NCBI GenBank assembly: GCA_963758495.1
Contig: CAVWVI010000004.1
Location: 800,001 to 864,000 of the forward strand
Reading direction: 5' to 3'
DNA length: 64,000 bases
Source of the DNA: Oligoflexia bacterium
GTDB lineage: Bacteria; Bdellovibrionota; UBA1018
Shown: positions 21,600-31,998 of the stretch, one piece after another
Numbering within the stretch: the first letter of the stretch is position 1
Layout of the letters: each line of letters starts with the position of its first letter
Position numbers and translations under genes: made by a program
The notes under the pieces: model-generated
What the model was told of the DNA's origin: nothing
The model's input: the letters and a program-made list of their open reading frames with translations, nothing else
Database searches by the model: none

Positions 21600-21947
21600 T
21601 CAAGGCGCAGGAACCTCTTTCCCGTCCTTGAAGTATTTGTCCGAGATCACCTCTCCTTTTTCATTATACTCCTGCCATCTCCCTGTTTTTTTTCCTTGCA
21701 GATATTCTCCGACTAAGGAAATTTTGTCATTAGGATACCACTCGAAGTACTTGCCATCATTGACGAAATTTCCAGATTGATCTCTTTTTTGATAGCATTT
21801 TTTAGTTCCCCGAAAGGTCCCTACTGTTTCACGCGCCGCCTGCCCCCCTTCAGAACACGGCTTCCTCTGAGAGGTGACACATGAAGCACTGCTAAGTGTC
21901 AGTAATAATACCGCAAATAGACGCTGATAGCTTTTAAGCTTTGCCAT
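21600..21947 (-). CDS. Lipoprotein with MORN-variant (YwqK-like) repeats
   Basis: Lipobox SASC; DGKYFEWYPN..GEY..GKKTGRWQEYNEKG. Confidence 0.8.
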   Translation of the reverse strand: MAKLKSYQRLFAVLLLTLSSASCVTSQRKPCSEGGQAARETVGTFRGTKKCYQKRDQSGNFVNDGKYFEWYPNDKISLVGEYLQGKKTGRWQEYNEKGEVISDKYFKDGKEVPAP

Positions 21948-21997
21948 TTAATATAAAATTTTACCTTAAAAACTAAAAATAAGCTAAAAACAAGCCC

Positions 21998-22951
21998 ATG
22001 AGAAAAGGGCATCGTTGGCTCTGGATTATATTATTTATTGGAGTCACTTTACTTTTAGGCATCCTTGCCACTGGCTGGAACGTTGTCCTCGTCCGAGACT
22101 ATCAACACCTACTTACGCTCGCCCGTAAACTCGTACTCCCAATCGAAGCAAACGAACACTTTTCAAGTCTGATGGTCAAAATGATCGCGGGAACCTTGGG
22201 CTTTATTGCTGCATTAGCACTCACGGTATTGATTTTTATAAAACTTCTCAACGAAATGCGATTGAATCAATTGCAATCTGAATTTTTAGCCACTGTAAGT
22301 CATGAGTTAAAAACACCTATTGCAGCCATGGAACTGAGCTCAAGCCTGATCCAGGCCGGAGGACTTTCTCCCAACGACCTAGAGCGATTGTGGCTTTCTC
22401 ATGACAATGAACTCAAAAGACTAAGAGAGGAAGTAGACACATTATTGGAAGCTGCACGCTGGCAATCCCATCCCTCGGCTCATAAGAAAACACCTCTCCA
22501 TCTAGAGTCCTGGATCGCACAGTCCATTCCTCATTGGCAAATGATTCTAGGTCCAAATGGGACTCTTCAGAGAGAGGGTGATGCTATGGACTTTCAAATT
22601 AGAGTTGACCCTCAAACTTTGAGATTAATTACAAATAATTTATTAAGTAATTCTAAAAAATTTTCACGTGGCAACCCTCACGTCACCATACGAACCTCTA
22701 GAATATCCCCCAGATGGCAAATTCAGTTTGAGGACCAAGGTTGGGGATTCAACCCTATTGATTCAAAAAAGATCTTTCAAAAGTTTTTCAGATCCAGAAA
22801 TTCTGCGCCGTATGCTATTCCAGGTACCGGCTTAGGACTTTACCTCGCCCATGCTGCCTGCCAGGCTATGAAATTGACCTTGAACGGAAAAAGCGAAGGA
22901 ACGGGTCTTGGCGCTATTTTCACGCTTGAAGGATTGGAAAATTTAAAATGA
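21998..22951 (+). CDS. Membrane sensor histidine kinase
   Basis: Two TM segments, VSHELKTP, NLLSNSKKFS, DQGWG and GTGLGL. Confidence 0.93.
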   Translation: MRKGHRWLWIILFIGVTLLLGILATGWNVVLVRDYQHLLTLARKLVLPIEANEHFSSLMVKMIAGTLGFIAALALTVLIFIKLLNEMRLNQLQSEFLATVSHELKTPIAAMELSSSLIQAGGLSPNDLERLWLSHDNELKRLREEVDTLLEAARWQSHPSAHKKTPLHLESWIAQSIPHWQMILGPNGTLQREGDAMDFQIRVDPQTLRLITNNLLSNSKKFSRGNPHVTIRTSRISPRWQIQFEDQGWGFNPIDSKKIFQKFFRSRNSAPYAIPGTGLGLYLAHAACQAMKLTLNGKSEGTGLGAIFTLEGLENLK

Positions 22952-23637
22952 CCTCTCCCCTTTTTTCATCAGCTCTCTTAGTCGAGGATGAGCCTAACTT
23001 AGTCACTGCTCTCACGATCGCACTACACAAATTAAATATTCAGACTCATCATGCTTCCACTTTAGCAGAAGCTAAAAAACTCGGCAAAGAGGCCCAATTT
23101 GATCTCATTCTTTTAGATCGATCACTACCCGATGGTGATGGAATTACTCTTTGTGCATCGCTTCGACAAGAAAATTTTTCCGGCACTATCCTCGTCCTGA
23201 CCGCATCCGGAAAAATTGAAGATCGAGTTCAAGGACTCAACACAGGAGCCGATGACTATCTGACAAAACCCTTTTCCTGGGAAGAGCTTGAGGCGAGGAT
23301 TTGTGCATTAGCACGACGTAAAACTCACTTTCACCCAGTCCAAATTGGACTTCAAATCTGGCAGGTGGATCCGTCTAATTTGCGTATTTTAGGACCTAAA
23401 GCTTGGGTCACACTGACTCCCCTTGAGTTTAAACTCGCTGCATGCCTGATCCAAAGACGCAATCAGATCATATCCCGCGATGATCTCCTCCGAGATGTTT
23501 GGGGATTTTCACTTCTCCCCAAAACTAGAACAGTCGATCACTTTTTAGGAAGACTGAGAAAACACTTCGAGGAAAACCCAGAAGAACCTCGGCATTTTCT
23601 CACTATCCGAGGGGCTGGCTATAAATTTCAACTTTAA
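22948..23637 (+). CDS. OmpR-family response regulator
   Basis: LLVEDE, LLDRSLPDGDG, GADDYLTKPF and winged helix TIRGAGY. Confidence 0.95.
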   Translation: MTSPLFSSALLVEDEPNLVTALTIALHKLNIQTHHASTLAEAKKLGKEAQFDLILLDRSLPDGDGITLCASLRQENFSGTILVLTASGKIEDRVQGLNTGADDYLTKPFSWEELEARICALARRKTHFHPVQIGLQIWQVDPSNLRILGPKAWVTLTPLEFKLAACLIQRRNQIISRDDLLRDVWGFSLLPKTRTVDHFLGRLRKHFEENPEEPRHFLTIRGAGYKFQL

Positions 23638-24356
23638 AAATTAAAAACCAATCCCCCACCCACAACAGGTCCGCCCAAATTTAATGAAAAACTTTGCTGT
23701 AAAATATCTGTTCCTGAGCCTGTAATATTTGGATTGGTAAATTGGGTAGTATTCAGCACTCGATACCCCCCCTCTGCAAAAACACTAAAAAGCCGTGAGA
23801 ATTTCCAGTTGGCATTCACTTTTCCTAAGAAAGTAAGATAACTTCCCGTAAAAAGGACAAGGGTCGATGAAGGAGAAGCGGCGGAGGTAACCATGGCCTG
23901 AACTTCAGCTTCTACTGCCATCCCGCCTAATGCGCCGACTTCCAACGAAAGGTGATTGCCCTCATAAAATACATATTGTAATCCCGCCATAATAGGCAGA
24001 CTCCCTAGATTCACCTGAAAAACTCTACTGGTCGAATGATCATTCACAATAAGAGTTTTAAAAACATTTTCAATACGCAACACGACGCTGAATCTTGATG
24101 ACAATGGAATGCCTATTTCACCCCCATAACCATAACCTGGACTCAAGTTATTCAACCCAACGATTACGCCCGGAGAGGTGAAAAGATTGAGATCACCAAA
24201 AATCCTCAATTGAATATTTTTATTAGAATTATGAGTTTCCTTTTTATGACGACTTTGTGAAAGTCTTACTCTGAGATACTTTTTAATCTCTTCGGACCTT
24301 AAATCTGGATCTACTTCCGCAGAATGGGAGGGAAGAGCAATTAAGTTTAAAATCAA
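23634..24356 (-). CDS. Outer-membrane beta-barrel protein; probable true start (ATG 24397) is out of frame across a T9 tract
   Basis: Alternating amphipathic strands, AEGGYR and C-terminal GLVFNF. See findings for the frameshift. Confidence 0.75.
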   Translation of the reverse strand: MILNLIALPSHSAEVDPDLRSEEIKKYLRVRLSQSRHKKETHNSNKNIQLRIFGDLNLFTSPGVIVGLNNLSPGYGYGGEIGIPLSSRFSVVLRIENVFKTLIVNDHSTSRVFQVNLGSLPIMAGLQYVFYEGNHLSLEVGALGGMAVEAEVQAMVTSAASPSSTLVLFTGSYLTFLGKVNANWKFSRLFSVFAEGGYRVLNTTQFTNPNITGSGTDILQQSFSLNLGGPVVGGGLVFNF

Positions 24357-24393
24357 TATATAAAAAAAAAGGAAGAAAACAAAACTCGCCGTT

Positions 24394-25350
24394 TCATTTC
24401 ATCACCTCAGTCAATCCGATTGGATTCACTTTAACTCGATGAACGACTGCCTGCCAATGAAGATGAGGGCCATTGACCCGACCCGTTTTTCCAGAAAGAC
24501 CCACCAGTTGATGGGCTTGAATCACTTGGCCTTCTTTTACTTTGATTCGACTCATATGAGCATAGAGCGTAATCACTCCGTAGCCATGATCAATCATCAC
24601 GGTATTTCCCGTATAAAAAAGATTGGAGGCAAGAACGACCATTCCGGCTTCTGCGGAATAAATCGGAGTCTTCATAGGAGCCTTAAGATCCAAGCCTGTA
24701 TGAAAATTTTTGAGTTGACCATTATAGAGTCTCTTAGTGCCAAATGGACTCGTGACAGGGCTTTGAATGGGGTAAGAAAAGGGGCCACTCCAATATTTTT
24801 GAGGGGTAACACGACCGTATATTTGAGCAACTCTTTCCTGCTCCCCTTTAATTCTCAGTAAATCCTTTTTATGATGCGGATTCACTCTACGCCCATCTAC
24901 ATGCAAAACTTCCGACCGATAATCGCCCTCAACCACATTGAACGATATCGGGTAGCTTTTAGCAGTTTCGCCCTTTCCAATATGAACCGTTACAATCCCA
25001 GGCCCAGGTTTTCTCTCGTAAGGAACAGCAAGAACTGCTTCAAAAGTTTCTATGAGTCCATTCACTGTTTCACTGACTGGAAAAAAGGGAAACTCAGTTT
25101 TTTCAAACTCTCCTGATATCATTCCTTTTCTATACACAGAAGGCACCTGAATCGTAATCAGAGCAATCGTCCCAGAGACCACCTGAGAAGAAGACAATTC
25201 GGCATGAATATCAACTACCGGCAGAACAGCTGCTGATTGAAGATTAAGATGAGTTGGTGCACAGGAAAAAGAAAATAAAAGAAAAACGGGAACAAAAAGG
25301 CGACGCCATATCAGGCCAAAAAGGCCCTTTTCGGACAGGCTCTTACTCAA
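24394..25350 (-). CDS. M23-family metallopeptidase (probable lipoprotein)
   Basis: HTGLD, YAHM, GPHLHW and lipobox-like SFSC. TTG 25350 overlapping the xseA stop was chosen as start (uncertain). Confidence 0.92.
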   Translation of the reverse strand: MSKSLSEKGLFGLIWRRLFVPVFLLFSFSCAPTHLNLQSAAVLPVVDIHAELSSSQVVSGTIALITIQVPSVYRKGMISGEFEKTEFPFFPVSETVNGLIETFEAVLAVPYERKPGPGIVTVHIGKGETAKSYPISFNVVEGDYRSEVLHVDGRRVNPHHKKDLLRIKGEQERVAQIYGRVTPQKYWSGPFSYPIQSPVTSPFGTKRLYNGQLKNFHTGLDLKAPMKTPIYSAEAGMVVLASNLFYTGNTVMIDHGYGVITLYAHMSRIKVKEGQVIQAHQLVGLSGKTGRVNGPHLHWQAVVHRVKVNPIGLTEVMK

Positions 25351-26584
25351 GTGCTTGAACTCTCTTATGACCATCATAGAAGGTAATTTGAAGCTCCTGT
25401 CCTGATCGTACCTGTTTTGTACTCTTAACAATAACTGAATTGTCGCCAGAATCACGTACTAAAGCATACCCCCGTTCCAAAACTCGTAACGGAGAAAGAG
25501 CATCCAATTTACCCATCATTTGCTGTAGAATGCCTTGTCTTCTTTCCAGTCTGATTTTCAAGCCCCTCTCCAAGCGGAGAAAAAGCTCATCAACTCTCTG
25601 CGCCTGCTCACGTAATCGATCCCTTGGACTGACTACACGCGCCGCAATATGAGAAAGAAGCGTTTTACGATTGAACAAGTCCTTGAGAATGACTCCCTTG
25701 AGCCGAACAGCTGCTTCCCTGACTTGACGTCCCGCATCCACCCAATGTCCTGTGATGATTTCCGCTGCTGCAGAGGGAGTCGGCGCTCTCAAGTCTGCAA
25801 CAAAATCAGATATAGTAAAATCAATTTCATGTCCTACCGCTGAAACAACAGGAAGTTTAGATTTTCGAATTGCACGAGCCAACTCTTCATGATTGAAGCA
25901 CCAAAGATCCTCGATACTTCCTCCCCCTCGCGCTAAAACGACTAAATCCCCTAATCCTTTTCGGTTCACTAACTCTAAGCCTCGGATGATTTGAGCTGGA
26001 GCGTCCTCTCCTTGCACTACTGCGGGCACAATCACAACTCGAACATGAGGAGCCCGACGCTTGAGTATATTCAGCATATCTTGAATTGCAGCTCCCGATG
26101 GAGAAGTAATGATCGCAATCCGACTCGGAAATAGCGGTAAAGGACGTTTTTGAGAGGCATCAAAGAGACCTTCTGCGGCTAATTTTGTCTTCAACTGTTC
26201 AAATGCAATCTGCAAGGCCCCTGCACCGAGAGGTTCTACTTGTTCAACAATCAATTGATAACTACCGCGAGGAGGATAAAGGGTAACTTTTCCACGACAA
26301 AGAACTTGAAGTCCGTCTTTGAGATCAAAAGTTTTTTTTCTAGCGCCCCAACCAAATACTGCCGCTGAGATGCAGGCCCCTTGATCCTTCAAAGAAAAGT
26401 AAATATGACCTGATGCTGCTGGTCGATAATTACTCACCTCTCCCTGCACCCACACTTGTGTAAAAGCGGGTTCAAGGACCCCTCGAATCTGGCTCGTCAA
26501 TTCTGTCACTGTCCAATGCTTTGGCTGTCCAACAGGAACTGACTGACGAGCTTGAGAAAAAAGCGGAAAATCATTTAAATCCAT
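25343..26584 (-). CDS. xseA: Exodeoxyribonuclease VII large subunit
   Basis: SGHIYFSLKD, ARGGGSIEDLWCFN, SAVGHEIDFTISDFVADLRAPTPS. Confidence 0.98.
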   Translation of the reverse strand: MDLNDFPLFSQARQSVPVGQPKHWTVTELTSQIRGVLEPAFTQVWVQGEVSNYRPAASGHIYFSLKDQGACISAAVFGWGARKKTFDLKDGLQVLCRGKVTLYPPRGSYQLIVEQVEPLGAGALQIAFEQLKTKLAAEGLFDASQKRPLPLFPSRIAIITSPSGAAIQDMLNILKRRAPHVRVVIVPAVVQGEDAPAQIIRGLELVNRKGLGDLVVLARGGGSIEDLWCFNHEELARAIRKSKLPVVSAVGHEIDFTISDFVADLRAPTPSAAAEIITGHWVDAGRQVREAAVRLKGVILKDLFNRKTLLSHIAARVVSPRDRLREQAQRVDELFLRLERGLKIRLERRQGILQQMMGKLDALSPLRVLERGYALVRDSGDNSVIVKSTKQVRSGQELQITFYDGHKRVQALE

Positions 26585-26612
26585 ATACGAGTACTACCTT
26601 CAAAAAACGGTT

Positions 26613-28133
26613 TTAGTCTTTTTGGGACAAGGGCTTCAAAGTAGGTGTCATTGCACCTTTTACGGTTTCAGGCTGGTCTTTATCTATCGAAATCTTTTTA
26701 AACACTTCAAATGACTTCAACGAATTCAGCGCCTGCTTCACTTGATAATCTTCCTTAGGATTCATTTTCATAGGAATCATATCATCATCGTCTTTTGGAG
26801 ACTTGTCTGAAGAAGTCTTATCGACAGCTTTCTTTTTGTCTTTGTTATCTTTTAATATAAGGTCGAGTTCTTCCTTTTTAAACTCTTTCGCACCACTGTC
26901 CTCATCCGTATTCGTCATATGACCTTTGAGATCACGTTCCCGAAAGGAGTCCGGTTTAATCCGAGCCTGAGCGAGAAGTTTTGAATCAAACTCTTCCAAA
27001 AGGATATCAGGTTGTACGCCCTTTTCCTGAATACTCCGCCCGCTCGGAGTATAATAACGAGCGATTGTGAGTTTTAAACCCATATCAGGAGGGAGAGGAA
27101 TGACTGTTTGCACAGATCCTTTACCAAACGTAGGCTGTCCCAAAATCATGGCTCGGTGATGATCTTGTAAAGCTCCCGCTACGATTTCTGCCGCAGATGC
27201 CGTACTCGAATTCACTAAAACAGCTACGGGAAAGTCTTTATAAGCCATCCCTTTACGAGCATATTTGATATCTTTTTGATCTCGATTCCGACCAATAGTC
27301 GAAACAATCACTCCCTCATCAATAAATAACGAGGAGACATCAACAGCCTGATCCAATAAACCACCTGGATTCGTTCTTAAGTCAAAAACTAAACCTCTGA
27401 GCTTCTCTTTCTTGCTCATTTGATCAATGGCCTTTTTTACATCTGCAGAGGCGGTTTCATTAAAAGTGGTTAATCTGACGTACCCGTATTGAGGCTCAAG
27501 TAACTCACTTTTCACAGATTGGATTTTAATGGTATCACGCATAATCGAAATATCTTTAATCTTATCGAACCCCTCACGATAAATCGAAAGTGTCACAGGG
27601 GTCTTTGGTTTTCCCCTCATTTTTGAGACGGCCTCCACTAAGTTCAGTCCCTTGGTACTTTCTGAGTTAATCTTTACAATTCGATCATTGGGCTTAAGTC
27701 CAGCTTTCCAAGCGGGGGTATCCTCAATGGGGGCTAGCACCGTCAGAATATTGTCTTTCATTCCAATTTCAATACCTAAACCCCCAAATTTTCCACTCGT
27801 GTCAATCTGCATATCTTTATAAAGATCTGCGGGTAAAAAATTTGAATGGGGATCGAGGGTTTCAAGCATTCCCTTGATGGCTCCCTCCACTAATGCCTTA
27901 TTTTTGATTTCATCCACATAGTTCGCTTCGACAAAGTGAAGAACTCGGTTGAAAAGCTCTAAATTTTCATAACGATCTTGTTGTCCCGATGTGGCGGGCA
28001 TTGCCGCCGAGGTCGCTCGAAGGAGCTGGAACTCAGCCGTCTGACGCCCCAAACTCTGTCCTACACTGATTCCCAGAAAAGAAATGACTAAGATGAAACT
28101 CACAATAGAAAGCTTTTTTGAAAATTGAATCAT
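26613..28133 (-). CDS. ctpA: Carboxyl-terminal processing protease (S41, PDZ)
   Basis: LDPHS, FGGLGIEI, DLRTNPGGLL, TASAAEIVAGALQD and FGKGSVQ. Confidence 0.95.
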   Translation of the reverse strand: MIQFSKKLSIVSFILVISFLGISVGQSLGRQTAEFQLLRATSAAMPATSGQQDRYENLELFNRVLHFVEANYVDEIKNKALVEGAIKGMLETLDPHSNFLPADLYKDMQIDTSGKFGGLGIEIGMKDNILTVLAPIEDTPAWKAGLKPNDRIVKINSESTKGLNLVEAVSKMRGKPKTPVTLSIYREGFDKIKDISIMRDTIKIQSVKSELLEPQYGYVRLTTFNETASADVKKAIDQMSKKEKLRGLVFDLRTNPGGLLDQAVDVSSLFIDEGVIVSTIGRNRDQKDIKYARKGMAYKDFPVAVLVNSSTASAAEIVAGALQDHHRAMILGQPTFGKGSVQTVIPLPPDMGLKLTIARYYTPSGRSIQEKGVQPDILLEEFDSKLLAQARIKPDSFRERDLKGHMTNTDEDSGAKEFKKEELDLILKDNKDKKKAVDKTSSDKSPKDDDDMIPMKMNPKEDYQVKQALNSLKSFEVFKKISIDKDQPETVKGAMTPTLKPLSQKD

Positions 28134-28150
28134 AGAACCTCTAGGCTAAA

Positions 28151-29320
28151 CTAATTAAAGACCCACTGCAATGGATTCACTGCAACGTTTCTGGCTCGGA
28201 TCTCAAAATAAAGAGGAGTACCCGAGTTATCTGTTAAACCAATTGCATCACCTACTGCTACAGACTCATTTGTATTCTTAGTAATTTTTCCTAAATGAGC
28301 ACAAAGCGAATAAAAATGGTCGCCGTGATCGATAATAACAACTCTTCCATAATTCGGTAGTTCTCCTGAAAAAGCAACTCGTCCAGCAGAAATAGCTTGA
28401 ACGGGTTGATCTTTTGTTGCCTCGATATCTACACCCTTTTTAAAAATAAAAAGGCCAGATCGTGAATCAAATGATCTACCAAACGCTGAGATCACCTTTC
28501 CTCCTAGAACGGGGAAGGGTAATTTACCTTTTAACTTAGAAAACCCTCCCTGCGCCATGGCTTTAGATGCTACTTTTTCTGTTTCCTCTTCATGCTCAAG
28601 CTCTAACCGAGCATTGAAATCTTTTATCAAATGTTCCACTTGCAGCTCAGAACTCTTGAGATTTCGATAATTTTCAAGTTGGGCAATCCGTTCATTACGC
28701 TTCTTCTTGAGAAAATCAATTTGTAGCTGACGATTCAACTCCAATACACTTTCTTGCTCTTTTAAATCCTGAAAAAGATAGGCGAGTTGCTGTTTTTCAT
28801 CTTGAATTCGAGCACCCAACTGCATAGCGTCCGTTAAATCCGCTCGTAATGTTTCTATCTCTTTAAATCCCCGATCCACTAGGTTGGACAAGACTCGTCG
28901 TCTCGGTGCTACTAGCTTTTCCTGATCAGCCAAATGACCCATCGGAAATGGATTACTAGAACCCTCTCGATTCGAAGCTTCAATTGCCATCAGGCACTTT
29001 CGAATGGTTTTATGATGAAAGTCGATTTTTTCGGTCAAACTCTTGCGGCGCGACTCCAGCTCAACTACCGTATGCTCGAGTTCTGCAAGTCTTTGCATTC
29101 CTAATTTTTTTTCAAGCTTTTGGAACTTAAGAAGAGTTTGAATTTTTTTTACCTGAATTTGAATGTTTTTCTGAGTGTGAAGATCATCTACGATACCTTG
29201 TTCAAGTTCAGTAATTCGATTACGAATCGATCCAAGTTGATCCGCCAGCGGTCGAATCTTGCTTTCCGCATGTCCAATAGAAGTCATCCATGAAATTGTC
29301 GATAAAAGTAGCAATATCAA
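28151..29320 (-). CDS. envC: EnvC-like murein hydrolase activator (coiled coil + degenerate M23)
   Basis: Signal peptide, long coiled coil, KGVDI and LYFEIR lacking metal His residues. Downstream of ftsEX. Confidence 0.88.
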   Translation of the reverse strand: MILLLLSTISWMTSIGHAESKIRPLADQLGSIRNRITELEQGIVDDLHTQKNIQIQVKKIQTLLKFQKLEKKLGMQRLAELEHTVVELESRRKSLTEKIDFHHKTIRKCLMAIEASNREGSSNPFPMGHLADQEKLVAPRRRVLSNLVDRGFKEIETLRADLTDAMQLGARIQDEKQQLAYLFQDLKEQESVLELNRQLQIDFLKKKRNERIAQLENYRNLKSSELQVEHLIKDFNARLELEHEEETEKVASKAMAQGGFSKLKGKLPFPVLGGKVISAFGRSFDSRSGLFIFKKGVDIEATKDQPVQAISAGRVAFSGELPNYGRVVIIDHGDHFYSLCAHLGKITKNTNESVAVGDAIGLTDNSGTPLYFEIRARNVAVNPLQWVFN

Positions 29321-30210
29321 CCGATGAAACCTCCCTCATGACTCAGTTGAGAGGTCGAGAGACTTCCAAAAAATCCAGCCACTAAGCCCACCAAGCCTCC
29401 CATAAAAAAAAGCAACACTGCTAAATTTCCATGGGCGGCTGGCATCCCTTTGAGGATGAAGGAGAAGTTCCGAACATGATGGGTGAGCCAAACTCCCATA
29501 GTCAACCACCCACTGCAAGCAACCCCTCCCCCTAAGAAACCCACAACAAGGCCTGAAATCATTCCTGGACTCAATAAAGTAAAGCTGCCTGCTCCCCAAA
29601 ACTTCAGCAGCATTAACGCATCTTTATGCAGGTACGCATTCATCCTGGAAAGGTGAATCAAGCCTGTTAACAAGGCTAAAAAAACTCCACCCATAAGAAT
29701 TCTAGCAATCCATCGAAGAGCAGAGAATGCTTCGACAATAGAGTGACTCCTATCTTTAGAACTCTCGGCAGATTCCACACCGGGAATATCCCTGATCTGA
29801 TCCAACGCAGAATCTGGAAGAATTCCAGATACTGAAATATAACGAGGAATGACTTGATTCATATCTTTTCCCAAGTCTTCTAGTTCATGCCCGAGCTCAG
29901 GATACTGACCTTTAATCATCTCAATGAAACGAGGAGCATTCATCAGCTTCACTTCAGTAGACCTCTGAGATCCAATTGAAACTCGAATTGTATCTACAAG
30001 CTGTTCTTCCTCTTTACTCTCAACTGATGAATTGAGATAAGCCGTAATCACCTGTTCGCCTTGAAGACGATTTAATACCGGCCACAAACCTCTTTGCATC
30101 CAAAATAGAAACCCTATTAATAAAAGTAATGACCCTACGGCAAAGGCAGAAATCATTTGATTCAATGGAGCAATTCGCCAAGGGCGGAAAGAAAGTTTTA
30201 ATAGATACAC
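29317..30210 (-). CDS. ftsX: Cell division permease FtsX
   Basis: Four-TM layout with a large periplasmic loop (ITAYL), LKFWGA, located between ftsE and envC. Confidence 0.85.
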   Translation of the reverse strand: MYLLKLSFRPWRIAPLNQMISAFAVGSLLLLIGFLFWMQRGLWPVLNRLQGEQVITAYLNSSVESKEEEQLVDTIRVSIGSQRSTEVKLMNAPRFIEMIKGQYPELGHELEDLGKDMNQVIPRYISVSGILPDSALDQIRDIPGVESAESSKDRSHSIVEAFSALRWIARILMGGVFLALLTGLIHLSRMNAYLHKDALMLLKFWGAGSFTLLSPGMISGLVVGFLGGGVACSGWLTMGVWLTHHVRNFSFILKGMPAAHGNLAVLLFFMGGLVGLVAGFFGSLSTSQLSHEGGFIG

Positions 30211-30878
30211 ATAGACTCCTCTACGGATATATGTCCACCCCGTAAAACAGCACAGCGTTTACGAACTCTCCTCACAATTTCACGATCGTGAGTAGCCAAA
30301 ACAACAGTTGCACCCATAACATTAGATTTTAAAAAAAGATCCATCACTGTCCAAGTGTAATCTCTATCTTGGGCACCCGTAGGCTCATCGGCAATAATTA
30401 GCTCAGGAGAACGAACTAAAGCTCGGGCTACTGCAACCCTTTGAGCTTCTCCACCTGAAAGAGTGGAAGCGAGCTTATCGCGCTTAGCTTCTAACCCCAA
30501 ACGATTCAATAGTTCACTGATTTTTGCTTTTGATTGAGCGGATAAAACCCTATACCTCGCCAAAGAAAGAGATAGCGCGATATTATCAAAAACAGTGAGG
30601 TCTGGAATTAATTTGACATCTTGAGGGATATAGCCAAGACATTGACGAATTGCTCTAAGTGTTGAAGGAGAAACGGCTCCAAGATTATATCCAAAAAGAG
30701 AAATATTCCCCATAGAAGGAGCCTCTTCCGTTGCTAAAAGCCTAAGCAAAGAAGATTTACCGGCCCCACTACCCCCAACAACATACAAAAAGTCACCTTT
30801 TTTTAGCTCAAGATCAACATGATCTAATATTCTAGTTTGATTAAAATACCACTTTGAAATTCCTGATAGGATGACCAT
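30198..30878 (-). CDS. ftsE: Cell division ATP-binding protein FtsE
   Basis: GGSGAGKS, LSGGEAQRVAVARAL, ADEPTG and ATHD. ATG 30878 follows GGGGGA. Confidence 0.92.
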   Translation of the reverse strand: MVILSGISKWYFNQTRILDHVDLELKKGDFLYVVGGSGAGKSSLLRLLATEEAPSMGNISLFGYNLGAVSPSTLRAIRQCLGYIPQDVKLIPDLTVFDNIALSLSLARYRVLSAQSKAKISELLNRLGLEAKRDKLASTLSGGEAQRVAVARALVRSPELIIADEPTGAQDRDYTWTVMDLFLKSNVMGATVVLATHDREIVRRVRKRCAVLRGGHISVEESMCIY

Positions 30879-31043
30879 AGATCCCCCAATTAAAAATAAT
30901 ATCATATTTGTTTAATTTTAATAAAGTTCTACTTGAAGCCCATCATTTTCATTACACATCACAAGGCTTTCTTGTTGACGCAATAAATCATTTTTAATAG
31001 ATTAAAGGTTGATTGTCCTTTGAGTTAGACGCATGCTGGAGAA

Positions 31044-31979
31044 ATGCCGAGTACGGATGAAACCGACCTCACCTCCATTCTACAATGGAAGAAAGTGTTA
31101 TTGAAATACCATTGGCTTTATAAGCCGCTGAGCTTTATAGGGCTGTATGGACTTTGGATACTCATCTTTCGTCTCCTGACTTTAACCTTTATAACCTACT
31201 TTATCATCTCACCTTCATCTCACTTTCAAGACATCAGCGATGCCTTTAGCTCCAATGAAGTCAGCCTGATGGGTTTAGCAGCATTCTTATTCGTGGGTTT
31301 ACTCTGCTCATTATACCCCCTCACTTCAACACGGCGCATCGAAATTATTAATCAAGACCATGCTGAAAGAGAATTTCTTCCCGGCTTCATACGAGGGGCT
31401 TTTCTTGCGAGTGGCTTAATCCTATTCTTTATATTAAGTGGCGCTTATCATTATCTCGGGTACTTTATCCAAATAGGCGAAGTAGCTGATGTCGGAAATA
31501 TCATATTTAGAATAATAGCTCTGAGCGCATTATCGTACTGCGAAGAATTCATCTTTCACTATAAAATCGCGACACAACTTAATAATCACCTCCCTGCTTT
31601 TGCTTCCGCTCATCTCATTGCATTCCTCTATTGTGCTATTAAAATACTTCAATTTGATTTGGGGATCATGCATCTCTTCACCCTTTATTTGATATCCATT
31701 TCTCTCTTCTATCGCATTCAAAACGGGGGGAAATTCTCAAGGACCGCTGGCTTTTGGGCGGGTATACTGATCATTTTTAACCCCCTCCTCAGTTTGCCCA
31801 TTTTCGGAAGTGAGTTTCAAGGTATACTGTGGTTTAAATACCAAAACACGGAACCAGGAACTTCCCTCGCTCGTATACTTACAGGTGGCGTAGGGGGACC
31901 TATTTCTAGTTTGGCATTTCAACTCCTGTTGATTATCGATATAGCTCGAAGCATTCTAAGAAATAAGAAAACGCCTTAG
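31044..31979 (+). CDS. CPBP/Abi-like intramembrane protease family protein (divergent)
   Basis: Multiple TMs, YCEEFIFH and LTGG..GP. The canonical His motifs appear missing. Confidence 0.6.
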   Translation: MPSTDETDLTSILQWKKVLLKYHWLYKPLSFIGLYGLWILIFRLLTLTFITYFIISPSSHFQDISDAFSSNEVSLMGLAAFLFVGLLCSLYPLTSTRRIEIINQDHAEREFLPGFIRGAFLASGLILFFILSGAYHYLGYFIQIGEVADVGNIIFRIIALSALSYCEEFIFHYKIATQLNNHLPAFASAHLIAFLYCAIKILQFDLGIMHLFTLYLISISLFYRIQNGGKFSRTAGFWAGILIIFNPLLSLPIFGSEFQGILWFKYQNTEPGTSLARILTGGVGGPISSLAFQLLLIIDIARSILRNKKTP

Positions 31980-31998
31980 CGTAGAAAGGTTGAATACC

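Noticed and set aside
21600..21947. YwqK antitoxin of a toxin-antitoxin pair
   Set aside because: It is a lipoprotein with generic MORN-variant repeats and has no adjacent toxin.
21973..21994. CTAAAAAYAAG doublet at 11-bp spacing before the histidine kinase
   Set aside because: Low-complexity A-rich sequence; too weak to call a binding site.
31044..31979. Abortive-infection defence gene
   Set aside because: The Abi/CPBP name reflects a membrane protease family; it sits in core context before tolQ.
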